From: a virus
Virus record (IMG/VR): IMGVR_UViG_3300035145_002457
Span: 1 to 64,000 of that record
Direction: 5' to 3' (one strand)
Length of the DNA stretch: 64,000 nucleotides
The notes under the pieces were generated by a model, which did no database searches, was not told the DNA's origin, and saw only the letters and a list, made by a program, of their open reading frames with translations. Position 1 is the stretch's first letter; every line of letters begins with the position of its first letter. The position numbers and the translations under genes are program-made. Positions 1 to 8,895 of this stretch are shown here, piece by piece.

Positions 1-330
1 ACGGTCAAACTGTTCCTTTGCCTCTAGATAACTCATAATGCCTCTGGTTGGACACATATATAATATTTCTCTAGTAAAGTTTTCTGGGCCTAATTCTTCA
101 ACGTCCTGAAGTAAATGCTCTGAAGATCCCCAATAGTCTCTCCAGTCACTTTCCTTAGTTCCACGTCTTTTATTTTTTTTGCCTTTGAGGGGTGGCTTTG
201 TGGTTTTGAACTTAGCTAATTTTTTGCCTACGTACTTTTTATTATTTGTTAGATTGGTAATAAGATAAACAAATCCTTCTATACCTTGAGGAATTTCCGT
301 TATTTCTTTACCTTCGTACGTCCATTGCAT
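1..330 (-). CDS. GIY-YIG-like (Seg/Mob-type) endonuclease, runs off the window edge
   Basis: Not in ORF track. Manual translation from ATG at 330: MQWTYEGKEITEIPQGIEGFVYLITNLTNNKKYVGKKLAKF...ESDWRDYWGSS...FTREIL, with GFVY...YVG as a GIY-YIG-like motif. Confidence 0.75.
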   Translation of the reverse strand, partial: MQWTYEGKEITEIPQGIEGFVYLITNLTNNKKYVGKKLAKFKTTKPPLKGKKNKRRGTKESDWRDYWGSSEHLLQDVEELGPENFTREILYMCPTRGIMSYLEAKEQFDR

Positions 331-335
331 GAACG

Positions 336-341
336 TACTTA
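336..341 (-). promoter_or_regulatory. putative late promoter variant TAAGTA, 5 nt before ATG
   Basis: Minus strand reads TAAGTA-cgttc-ATG with no Shine-Dalgarno; same geometry as other TAA(A/G)TA boxes in the window. Confidence 0.45.
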
Positions 342-348
342 CCGTAGC

Positions 349-552
349 CTATTTTTTATTCGCCTCGATCTTGGTTTGAAACTTATCATGTATTTCTTCA
401 GCACGTAATTTACACAGTCTACGTATTTCACGCAACCAACGTCTGCTTGCGCGGTGCGTTCTGAAGCTAACACGCTGTTCAAAATTTTCATTTGCCTTGA
501 AATATTCTAAGTATGCCTTTACAAGTTCGTCATGTACATCATCTTCAATCAT
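349..552 (-). CDS. hypothetical phage protein (67 aa)
   Basis: ORF overlapping the hemC stop by 8 nt, same strand as the operon. Confidence 0.7.
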   Translation of the reverse strand: MIEDDVHDELVKAYLEYFKANENFEQRVSFRTHRASRRWLREIRRLCKLRAEEIHDKFQTKIEANKK

Positions 553-1288
553 AATACATTGCCTTTAGTGTAATAGGATCAGATCCTGTTGCATGAGCGG
601 CAATTTTAGTATGACAATCGCCTCCTACGCCCTTGAGAAATGCACGTTCAATAGTAGCTTGGGCAAATGTTTTTGTGTGATTTGCTTGTTTTACTATTTC
701 ATTTACTTCAACATCATCTGATCTTGTTTGTAATGCTATTACTCCTTGTCCTACAGCTGGAATAATTGGCAAGCGTAACCATGTTCTATTAATATCTAAT
801 GCTTGCAATCCAGCTTCAGCTAGTACTATAGCATCATATTCTCCTTTGTCAAGTTTTTCTAATCTTGTGTCAATATTACCCCTAATTGGTTTTATCTTTA
901 CTTGTAGGTTTTTGTATTGATCTTTTAGTTGTGCAGTTCTTCTTGGACTACTTGTACCAATTATACATCCAAAACCAACTTTACCTAAGATTACATCGTA
1001 AGGGCTATTTCGTTTTAGCATTGCTGTAATTGTTAACCCTTGTGTTTCATCACCTGGAATATCTTTTAAACTATGTACAGCAACATCGATATTACCTTTA
1101 AGCAATTCTTGTTCTATAGCACTGCAAAAAACACCTTTGCCTCCCATTTCGTAGATAGGTGTTTCTATATCTTCATCACCTTGTGTTTTTATTATCACAA
1201 GTTCCGTATCACAAGACAAAGCATCACATGCTTGTTTTGCATATGCCAGTGCTAAATTGCTTCCTCTTGTTCCAATTTTCAGTTTCAT
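545..1288 (-). CDS. hemC: porphobilinogen deaminase (hydroxymethylbilane synthase), C-terminally shortened; auxiliary metabolic gene
   Basis: IGTRGSxLA, GGKGVF, DVAVHSLKD (catalytic Asp), IGTSSPRR, IRGNIDTRL, YDAIVLAEAGL, PAVGQG and GGDCHT (cofactor-binding Cys). Confidence 0.93.
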   Translation of the reverse strand: MKLKIGTRGSNLALAYAKQACDALSCDTELVIIKTQGDEDIETPIYEMGGKGVFCSAIEQELLKGNIDVAVHSLKDIPGDETQGLTITAMLKRNSPYDVILGKVGFGCIIGTSSPRRTAQLKDQYKNLQVKIKPIRGNIDTRLEKLDKGEYDAIVLAEAGLQALDINRTWLRLPIIPAVGQGVIALQTRSDDVEVNEIVKQANHTKTFAQATIERAFLKGVGGDCHTKIAAHATGSDPITLKAMYYD

Positions 1289-3057
1289 TCTACTATGTCA
1301 ATATCATTTTCATATGATGTAAAGCCGTTTTCTTTAATTACTCTCATCACGTAATTGACCCTTCCTACTAATTCATCTTTGTGCGAGATAAGATATACAT
1401 TTTTGTCTCCTTCTCTACCCATTTTCTTAAGAACACCTAGTGAATTTTCAACACCAGCTGTGTCCATACCACTATCAATAAGCTCATCAATAAACAATAA
1501 ATTAATTTTTTGATATAGACTTTCCCAAACATCACGAAACGCAAAACTCATACCAAGTATTAGTCTATTACGTTCACCTCTTGACAAGTTATCAAAGTCT
1601 AAGTCCTGTCCTAGTTGTGTAATTTCAACAGCAAGGTCGTTTTGGAAAACAACACTGTGCGGTAATCCAAGTTTATCAAGATAATATGTTAGTCTGTTGT
1701 TTAGATATGCTAGGTTTTGATCGATTATCTTCTTACGTATAAATGAATCTTTGTTTGTCAGCAGTTTAAACAAGAAATCTTGATGTTCTTTGAATGTTGT
1801 CAAGTCGTTTACAGGAGTCCAGTCAATTTCCTGCATTGCTGTTGCGTTTAATTCATCGATTTGTGATTGATATGGATCTACTTCGTCTTGTTTTGCCTTT
1901 AGAGATTGTTTTAAACTGTCAACATTTTGTCTATGCTCATATGCTTCTTTAGCAGTTTCATAAAATGTAGTAGGACGTCCGTTGATGTCACCAATTTCTT
2001 TCAAGTCGTAGAAGATACCTTGCAGTTTATCACTAATTTCGTCTAGATACGATTGTGCATCTTCTAATTCTTTTTGTTTTCGCTCAGCAATCTCAGTTTT
2101 TTTGTCTTCGTGTAGTGCTTGCCCGCATGTATAACACACAGCATCTTCTAATTCTGCGATGTCTTTAGTGACTTTTAACAAAGACTTATTGGCACGTTGT
2201 AGTGCAGGCTCAAGAGTGCTTTGTTCCTTTTTAAGAGCCATAATTGCATTGTTATGCTGAGTCCAGTTTTGTAATTTTTCATGTGATTCGAGTTCAACGT
2301 CAATGTCTAAATGCTCTAATTCGTCGATTGCCTTGGTTAGTTTATCACAATCTTGCTGTTTTTTTGCTAACCATGCTCGTTGGGTGCTACGTAAACTTTC
2401 TATAGTACCTTCAATCTTGCTATTTGCTGTTTGTATTGCATTAATTTTAGCAGTTTCTTCTGTAATTGCTTCTCTTGTAATGCGTGTTTGTTCTTTTAGT
2501 GCTTCGGCCTTTTCAGAAAGTATAGTTATACCAAGCAATTGTTCAATAATAGCACGTTGATCGTTAGTCCGCATACTTAAAAACGGTTCGGTGTAGGTAT
2601 TTAGAGCAACAATATGCTTGAACATGTCATGACTCATATCCAACAAGTCATTAATTGATTCTTGTGTTTTACGACTGTCACCTTGTGACTCGTCGGTCAT
2701 TTCTTGTTCGTGCTCATTTATAAAAAATTTAAGAACATTAGGACTACGTCCACGTTCAATACGATAATCCACACCATTCTTTTCAAAATGCAATGTAACT
2801 AACATGCCTTTGCTGTTAGTTTTATTAATTAAGTTATTGCGTTTGATATTTGTTAGTGCTTGTCCGTATAATGCATAAGAAAGTGCATTAATTATTGTAG
2901 TTTTACCAGTACCATTACGTGATCCACTATCATCACCACCTTGATCTAGGTTTTCTCCTAGTACAAGTGTTAGTTGTTCACGATTAAAATTTACGGCCTG
3001 GGTTTGATTGCCCACGCTCATAAAGTTTTTTACTGTTAGGTCTTTAATCTGTATCAT
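1285..3057 (-). CDS. gp46: recombination endonuclease ATPase subunit (T4 gp46/SbcC/Rad50-like)
   Basis: Walker A GSRNGTGKTT, coiled coil with CYTC zinc hook, LSRGE signature, LLFIDE Walker B, ISH motif. Confidence 0.92.
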   Translation of the reverse strand: MIQIKDLTVKNFMSVGNQTQAVNFNREQLTLVLGENLDQGGDDSGSRNGTGKTTIINALSYALYGQALTNIKRNNLINKTNSKGMLVTLHFEKNGVDYRIERGRSPNVLKFFINEHEQEMTDESQGDSRKTQESINDLLDMSHDMFKHIVALNTYTEPFLSMRTNDQRAIIEQLLGITILSEKAEALKEQTRITREAITEETAKINAIQTANSKIEGTIESLRSTQRAWLAKKQQDCDKLTKAIDELEHLDIDVELESHEKLQNWTQHNNAIMALKKEQSTLEPALQRANKSLLKVTKDIAELEDAVCYTCGQALHEDKKTEIAERKQKELEDAQSYLDEISDKLQGIFYDLKEIGDINGRPTTFYETAKEAYEHRQNVDSLKQSLKAKQDEVDPYQSQIDELNATAMQEIDWTPVNDLTTFKEHQDFLFKLLTNKDSFIRKKIIDQNLAYLNNRLTYYLDKLGLPHSVVFQNDLAVEITQLGQDLDFDNLSRGERNRLILGMSFAFRDVWESLYQKINLLFIDELIDSGMDTAGVENSLGVLKKMGREGDKNVYLISHKDELVGRVNYVMRVIKENGFTSYENDIDIVE

Positions 3058-4064
3058 AGTTCGTTATAAATGTCCAATAGCATTTTCTTATTAAAGTTGT
3101 CAGAGTCAATAGCGGCAATTTCACCTGCCACAATTTGATCAACACTTTCAAATTGTTGTATGTCTAGTTCTGTGTTGATTTCTTCTAGTTGTTTTTGTGG
3201 TATAAGACTGATTTCTCTACAGTTGTAGTTTGTTATAAATGTTTCTTTAACAAAACTTGCTTCTTCATAAGAAATAGGCAAGTCTAAATTCACACGAAGA
3301 TACATATTAGGCTTTATCAAAGTAGATTGTTCATCTATTAATTGCGATAACTTAACAGTTCTATACTTAGGACAATCTGGCCAGTTGATGTAAACTGGTT
3401 CTTTGTTGTTTTCTTTGTCAAGTATCATCATTCCACGTTCATCATCCCATGCATCTGCATAGTTGTGAGGAAATGCATTCCCGATATAATGTATCTTGCC
3501 TTGTTTTTGGCGTTTATGGAAATGTCCTGAAAACACATATTCTTGATTTTGAAAGTGTTCAGCTTTTAATTCGCCATGATCGGGCATTTGTACCATAGCG
3601 TTCATATAGAAACTTGGTAGTTCAAAATGTCCAAACATGTATCTTGATTTAATTTTACTAATTTTCTTCCATTCATCACCAACTAACCAAGGAACAAGTG
3701 CTACATCATCTTCTTCGTAAACAGAATCTACAAATGTTATACCAGGAATGTGCTTTGCAAATGCAGTTGAGTTAACATCACGCTTGTCTTTGTAGTACAA
3801 ATCGTGATTGCCATCAAAGAAATAGAATTTTTCAAATGCCTGACCAAGTTTTTCCATACTACGGATGGTACTATCCATAGTTGTAAGATTAAGGCTGTTT
3901 CGATTGTGATGCCAGTCACCGCAGAAGATGCCTGTTTCACAGCCATTTTCTTGTGCTTGTTTGATATACCAATCAATAAAGTCTTCACAATCTTGATTGT
4001 GTATTTTACTGTTGCCTTTTAGGCCAAAGTGAATGTCTGTAAAGACTGCCGCTTTTTTAAACAA
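3054..4064 (-). CDS. gp47: recombination endonuclease nuclease subunit (T4 gp47/SbcD/Mre11-like)
   Basis: Metallophosphoesterase motifs TDIHFG, GDWHH, GNHD, GHFE, SGHFH; adjacent to gp46; TTG start. Confidence 0.92.
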   Translation of the reverse strand: MFKKAAVFTDIHFGLKGNSKIHNQDCEDFIDWYIKQAQENGCETGIFCGDWHHNRNSLNLTTMDSTIRSMEKLGQAFEKFYFFDGNHDLYYKDKRDVNSTAFAKHIPGITFVDSVYEEDDVALVPWLVGDEWKKISKIKSRYMFGHFELPSFYMNAMVQMPDHGELKAEHFQNQEYVFSGHFHKRQKQGKIHYIGNAFPHNYADAWDDERGMMILDKENNKEPVYINWPDCPKYRTVKLSQLIDEQSTLIKPNMYLRVNLDLPISYEEASFVKETFITNYNCREISLIPQKQLEEINTELDIQQFESVDQIVAGEIAAIDSDNFNKKMLLDIYNEL

Positions 4065-4096
4065 AATATATACCTTCCGAATTCGTAGTATAAAAC

Positions 4097-4125
4097 AGTA
4101 TAGTTTCTTAACACTGCTTTGTCAA
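4097..4125 (-). promoter_or_regulatory. sigma70-type promoter for gp47-gp46-hemC
   Basis: Minus strand TTGACA (4125-4120), 17-nt spacer, TATACT (4102-4097). Confidence 0.8.
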
Positions 4126-4129
4126 CGAT

Positions 4130-4963
4130 TTATTTTGTATTTTCTTGTGCCGCTACTTCTCTTTTCATTTGATTGTCCCATTCACCGGCAGCTTGTCTTG
4201 TGTAACTAGGATTCATGTCGTTCATTTCTAAAATATCGTCTCTAATGTTCTGATTGCGTTTTTCTATGTTAATAACACGTACAAATGAGTTTGTTACAGC
4301 CGCAGTATAGTAAGCAAACGGGTTTTGTGACTTGGATTCGTCAAATTGCAAGCCAATTTGAGCAAGTTGTAGTATTGCTTGCCCACGCATTTCGTCATTG
4401 TACGTGTATCCACGCACATTTCCTCTAGTTGCGTATCTATCACACAGTTTCATCCACATCATTGCAAGTTTGTTTGTTGATTGTCCGTGATTTAGACTAA
4501 AATATCCGTTTTCCATACCACCTTGCCAGTGTGATTTACCTACACACACTAATTCATCGTTATCATTGAATTTGTAATGTTGGAAAGGAGGAAAATTAAG
4601 TTTTACTTTTTTATCTGCTTCTGTTTTTGGTGTCTTTTTGCGTCCCGGCTCATCAGGAATATGCTCAAATGTCATTATACGAAAAATTAATTCTGTTTTT
4701 TCAATTTTTCTGTAGTCAACTTCGCATTGAGCAAGTTTTATTTTTTCACCTGCGGCTTTTCTTGCATCAAAATCAGCATGTTGTAGCCTTTTGGCTTTGT
4801 TTCTCTTTGCTTCTGCTATAGTTCTAATGTTTATTTTTTCTACGCTAGGCAGAATTATATCAAATTGATGATATTCGGGATCCACATAACTACAAAATGT
4901 GCTTTTTGACCTATGTATTTCTTTTAAAATATCTTTGTTGTTGAGATAGTTTACTCTTTTCAT
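4130..4963 (-). CDS. gp55: late transcription sigma factor (T4 gp55-like)
   Basis: N-terminal NYLNNKDILKEI, GYTYNDEM and FDESKSQNPFAYYT...NSF motifs; gp55-gp47-gp46 synteny typical of T4-like phages. Confidence 0.82.
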   Translation of the reverse strand: MKRVNYLNNKDILKEIHRSKSTFCSYVDPEYHQFDIILPSVEKINIRTIAEAKRNKAKRLQHADFDARKAAGEKIKLAQCEVDYRKIEKTELIFRIMTFEHIPDEPGRKKTPKTEADKKVKLNFPPFQHYKFNDNDELVCVGKSHWQGGMENGYFSLNHGQSTNKLAMMWMKLCDRYATRGNVRGYTYNDEMRGQAILQLAQIGLQFDESKSQNPFAYYTAAVTNSFVRVINIEKRNQNIRDDILEMNDMNPSYTRQAAGEWDNQMKREVAAQENTK

Positions 4964-4985
4964 TTTTGCTCCAAATTTATAACAT

Positions 4986-5014
4986 ATTATAATATACGTA
5001 CATTAAAAAGTCAA
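4986..5014 (-). promoter_or_regulatory. sigma70-type promoter for gp55
   Basis: Minus strand TTGACT (5014-5009), 17-nt spacer, TATAAT (4991-4986); GGAG RBS before the ATG. Confidence 0.8.
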
Positions 5015-5015
5015 C

Positions 5016-5021
5016 TAAATA
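5016..5021 (+). promoter_or_regulatory. late promoter core TAAATA for the baseplate operon
   Basis: TAAATA followed by AGGAG RBS and ATG at 5038; resembles the T4 late consensus TATAAATA. Confidence 0.6.
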
Positions 5022-5037
5022 ATGTATAGGAGTTAAT

Positions 5038-5940
5038 ATGCCAACAGTATTCAAAGATGGAATTATTTCAAAAGGTGGTGTGAACCAAGGAGTTCCTGTC
5101 GGAAACACAAATCCAACCCAAGCATCACAGAGCAGGAATAGTAAAACACCACAACAAGCCATAAGTGATTTAGCAGGAAGCAACATTAGTTTTGGACAAA
5201 GTGTAGTACAAAACGGTTTTAAACAAACTGTAGAAGATGTTTTTTCAAACGGTGCATCTGGTTTGATGAGTTTAATACGTGGCAAAGGCATTCCAGTTAA
5301 CGGTTTAAGTAGTCTATTTGGTGGAGGCGGCTCAGCAAGTTGGGCACGTAATGACGACGAAGATTGGCGTGTTAAGTTATCTATACCACCAGGAATGTCC
5401 TTAGAGCCTTTTTTACAAAGCAAGCTCAGTGAAACTAATGGTATGATTTTTCCTTACACTCCTTCAATTATTTTCGCCCATAGTGCTAATTACAGCCAAA
5501 TCAAACCTACACATAGTAATTATCCATTTCCTGTTTATCAGAGCAGTCAACCTGACACGCTACAAATTACAGGTGATTTTTATGTAGAAGGAGCAGATGA
5601 AGGCGCTTATTGGGTAGCATGTGTACACTATCTAAGAAGTGTTACAAAAATGGCATACGGACAAACGTCAAATGCTGGAACTCCTCCACCTATTGTTAAT
5701 ATCAACGGATATGGAGATTATGTTTTTAAAAATGTTCCAATTGTCATAGTAAACTTTTCAATTGATTTACCTACAGATGTAGATTACATATATGTTCCTG
5801 CATGTAATACATATGCTCCGACAAGAAGTGCAGTCACAGTACAAGCTGTACCAATATATTCAAGAAGAGAAGTACAATCATTTAGTTTAGATACATTTGT
5901 AAAAGGTGGTTACGCTAAAGGCAGAGGAGGATTTATTTAA
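5038..5940 (+). CDS. baseplate/tail tube initiator-like protein (gp48/gp54-like)
   Basis: FPYTPSI...HSNY, PPPIVNINGYG...NVPIVIVNFSIDLP pattern; first gene of the baseplate cluster. Confidence 0.55.
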   Translation: MPTVFKDGIISKGGVNQGVPVGNTNPTQASQSRNSKTPQQAISDLAGSNISFGQSVVQNGFKQTVEDVFSNGASGLMSLIRGKGIPVNGLSSLFGGGGSASWARNDDEDWRVKLSIPPGMSLEPFLQSKLSETNGMIFPYTPSIIFAHSANYSQIKPTHSNYPFPVYQSSQPDTLQITGDFYVEGADEGAYWVACVHYLRSVTKMAYGQTSNAGTPPPIVNINGYGDYVFKNVPIVIVNFSIDLPTDVDYIYVPACNTYAPTRSAVTVQAVPIYSRREVQSFSLDTFVKGGYAKGRGGFI

Positions 5941-6236
5941 TGTATGCTAATACAAGTCCTTACTACAAAACACAGATTGTAAACGGACAATACCTTGATT
6001 TATTACAAATACGTCCTGTGCCAGCAGAACCAGATGATGTACTCTATGTGATTGAAGTACAATACACTCACCGTCCTGATTTACTTGCATTTGACATGTA
6101 CGGAGATAAAAATTTATGGTGGGTTTTTTCACAGCGTAATATAGAAAAACTAAAAGACCCTATCTACGATTTTGAAGCAGGTACAGAAATTTTTGTACCT
6201 AAAGGACCCGCTCTTAAAAGATTATTAGGATTGTAA
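5940..6236 (+). CDS. baseplate wedge protein, gp53/LysM-like
   Basis: HRPDLLAFDMYGDKNLWWVF...N...DPIYDFEAGTEIFVP; TAATG coupling to the upstream gene. Confidence 0.7.
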   Translation: MYANTSPYYKTQIVNGQYLDLLQIRPVPAEPDDVLYVIEVQYTHRPDLLAFDMYGDKNLWWVFSQRNIEKLKDPIYDFEAGTEIFVPKGPALKRLLGL

Positions 6237-6237
6237 T

Positions 6238-8895
6238 ATGCTTCCACAAAATATTACAGAAAGATTAAAAGCAAAAGGAAAAGACATTGCTGAAGCAACA
6301 GAAAATGCGGCTTCATCAGTAGCAAGTAGATTTGAACAATCGGGAAAAATAACTGTAGGCGGAGTAGCAAGTGCAGTTGAAGGTGCGCTAGATCAAATTT
6401 CTGGTGCAACAGTAGACATGACTAATTCTGTAAACGGTATTAGTGGTCCTGCTCTTGGACAATTAGATTTGGCTTATGGCGGTATTAGCCAAGTTTTAGA
6501 TTTTAAATTACCAAATTTAGCAGGTGGCGGAAGTCTTATATCTGCTTTAGGTGGCGGAATGAGCGGTTTTCTAGGCGGCGGATTTAGTAAAAGGAATGTT
6601 TTAGAAGAGTTTGCAAGCTACAATTATGTTTTTACTTTAGGTTGTCTAACAAATTTTGAACTTAACTTTCCTGATCTTTCATACAGATATAGAGATCCTT
6701 TAATAACAATCCTAAGAAGCGGCGGCGGAAATTTAAGAGGCAGTAAAACTGTCTTTGAAAGAAATGGAAAAACAGAATATTTTATAGATAATGTAGAAAT
6801 TGAAACTATTATAGCACCTAATCCAAAAACAAGAACTACTAACGCTGTTAGTTTAAGTTTTCAAGTAACTGAACCTTATAGTATGGGATTATTTTTACAA
6901 GCCTTACAAATTGCCGCTTTAAGTGCAGGACATAAAAATTATATTGAAGCTCCATTTGTATTAGCAGTAGAATTTAAAGGATTTGACAGTGCAGGGCGTC
7001 AAATGAATATGACAAATGCACGAAGAATTTTTCCGTTAAAATTTACTAATATAGAATTTGAAGTTAATGAAGGCGGAAGCCAATATTCAGTTGAGGCAAT
7101 TCCTTTCCACGAAGTTGCTCTTGCAGACCAAGTTCAAACTACTAGAAATGATATAACGTTCGAAGGAAGAACTGTTGCAGAAATGTTACAGTGGGGATTT
7201 CAAAGTTTAACAGCCAATATGAATAATAAGGAACTTGAGCAAGTAAAGGTAAAAAACAAAACTAAAGCTGATCAGTATGTAATTTTATTTCCTACTGAAA
7301 AGTCTAGTGCGGCAGAATCAGCGGCATTTTCAAAACAAGAAGAAAATTCAGGAAGTGCAACTACTCAAGGTAACGGAAATCCAAACGAATTCCAATTAAG
7401 AGAATTTACAGAAGAAGAATTACAAAGATTATATGAAAGTGCCAACGGTGTTCTCAACGGTGGAAAAACAACAAAAGAATTTGAAGAAGAACTTTCTCAA
7501 CTAGAAAGCGATTTAGGAATAAGTGTAAAACGTTCTGATTTAGGTGAAACAATCAGAGATTATGCAGATGCAGAAGAAAATATCAATCCTATAGGATTAA
7601 GCAAAATTGTAAAGTCCCCAAAAGATCCTGGTAAAAAAGGATGTGCTAAACCAGGAGACACAGAAGACGAAGAAACAGCAGGTAAAGTTGATAGGTGTAA
7701 AGTGCAAACACCTAAAGATCAGCGAATTATGTCAGTAAGTTCTGGTAAAAGAATAGAAGACATAATCGAAGAGGTAGTTATTCTTAGCGAATTTGGTAGA
7801 GGTATTGTTGATGCAGAACCAGATGACAAAGGAATGGTAGACTGGTTTAGAGTTGAAACAAATGTATACCAAATTTCAGATGATACTAATATTGACAAAA
7901 CAGGAAAACCTGCTAGGGTATTCGTTTTTAGGGTGGTACCATATAAGGTACACCATAGCAAATTTAGAAGTCCTACAGAAAAAAGTAAGGGTCTGAAAAA
8001 ATTAGAATCACTTGTGAGTAGGGAATACAATTACATTTACACTGGACAAAATACTGATATTATAAGTTTTGATATTAATTTTAATCATGCATTTTTTACA
8101 TCAATTGCAGGAGATTTTGGACAAAAAACAGGCGATGCAAAAACTTCAGCAAGTTCAGGAAAAACATCAGATAATCAGGTAGCTGTAATAGGCGCACCCG
8201 AAAGTGATTCTAATTCGATTAATGCAGACCCAACAGGCGCAGATCCTAACAAAGGTAACACAAAAGATGTTGGTGGTCCTATGGTTCACCCAGAAAGTGT
8301 TGTAGCAAGAAACTTTAATGAAGCATTAGTTAATAGTCCTGTTGATTTGATTGCAATAGATTTTAAAATATGGGGAGATCCATATTACATAGCAGATAGC
8401 GGAATGGGAAATTATTCTGCACCAGAAGCAACTTTTAACATGAACGCAGACGGAGCAATGGAATATCAAAATGGCGAAGTTGACATAAAAATGAATTTTA
8501 GAACACCTATAGATTACGCAGGAGCATACATGGAATTTCCAGGAGGAGGATTTGCACCAGTAGGACAATTTAGTGGGACATATCAAGTTTTATTTGTTAA
8601 CAATAGTTTTAGTCAAGGAGAATTCACACAAACATTGCAGACTATTAGACGTCCTAAACAAGATACAGATACAAAGCAAACAGCTGGAAATCAAACAGGA
8701 GCAACAACTAAAGGTGATTCGGAAAAACAAATCGAAAAAACAGAAACTAATAGCGAAGGAGGAAAAGCAGAAAATGCGTATGCTAATGATGCAAATGCAA
8801 GTGCGCCTCCAAAACCAAAAAGCGGACCTCCTGGCAAAATTGAAGGTACAAGTGCTAGACGGTTACCAGACGGTAGAATAGTTGGAGGATTGTAA
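6238..8895 (+). CDS. baseplate hub protein (gp27-like, inferred)
   Basis: 885-aa ORF between gp53-like and gp5-like genes; C-terminal IWGDPYY...SGTYQVLFVNNSFSQGEFTQTL pattern. Confidence 0.5.
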   Translation: MLPQNITERLKAKGKDIAEATENAASSVASRFEQSGKITVGGVASAVEGALDQISGATVDMTNSVNGISGPALGQLDLAYGGISQVLDFKLPNLAGGGSLISALGGGMSGFLGGGFSKRNVLEEFASYNYVFTLGCLTNFELNFPDLSYRYRDPLITILRSGGGNLRGSKTVFERNGKTEYFIDNVEIETIIAPNPKTRTTNAVSLSFQVTEPYSMGLFLQALQIAALSAGHKNYIEAPFVLAVEFKGFDSAGRQMNMTNARRIFPLKFTNIEFEVNEGGSQYSVEAIPFHEVALADQVQTTRNDITFEGRTVAEMLQWGFQSLTANMNNKELEQVKVKNKTKADQYVILFPTEKSSAAESAAFSKQEENSGSATTQGNGNPNEFQLREFTEEELQRLYESANGVLNGGKTTKEFEEELSQLESDLGISVKRSDLGETIRDYADAEENINPIGLSKIVKSPKDPGKKGCAKPGDTEDEETAGKVDRCKVQTPKDQRIMSVSSGKRIEDIIEEVVILSEFGRGIVDAEPDDKGMVDWFRVETNVYQISDDTNIDKTGKPARVFVFRVVPYKVHHSKFRSPTEKSKGLKKLESLVSREYNYIYTGQNTDIISFDINFNHAFFTSIAGDFGQKTGDAKTSASSGKTSDNQVAVIGAPESDSNSINADPTGADPNKGNTKDVGGPMVHPESVVARNFNEALVNSPVDLIAIDFKIWGDPYYIADSGMGNYSAPEATFNMNADGAMEYQNGEVDIKMNFRTPIDYAGAYMEFPGGGFAPVGQFSGTYQVLFVNNSFSQGEFTQTLQTIRRPKQDTDTKQTAGNQTGATTKGDSEKQIEKTETNSEGGKAENAYANDANASAPPKPKSGPPGKIEGTSARRLPDGRIVGGL

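Noticed and set aside
1-330. Calling the GIY-YIG-like gene a mobile element
   Set aside because: Truncated by the window and no intron or insertion boundaries are visible.
4977-5423. 148-aa minus-strand ORF and many similar antisense ORFs (e.g. 10076-10621, 31181-32449, 49343-49951)
   Set aside because: They shadow well-supported genes on the opposite strand and have no motifs; expected from codon bias.
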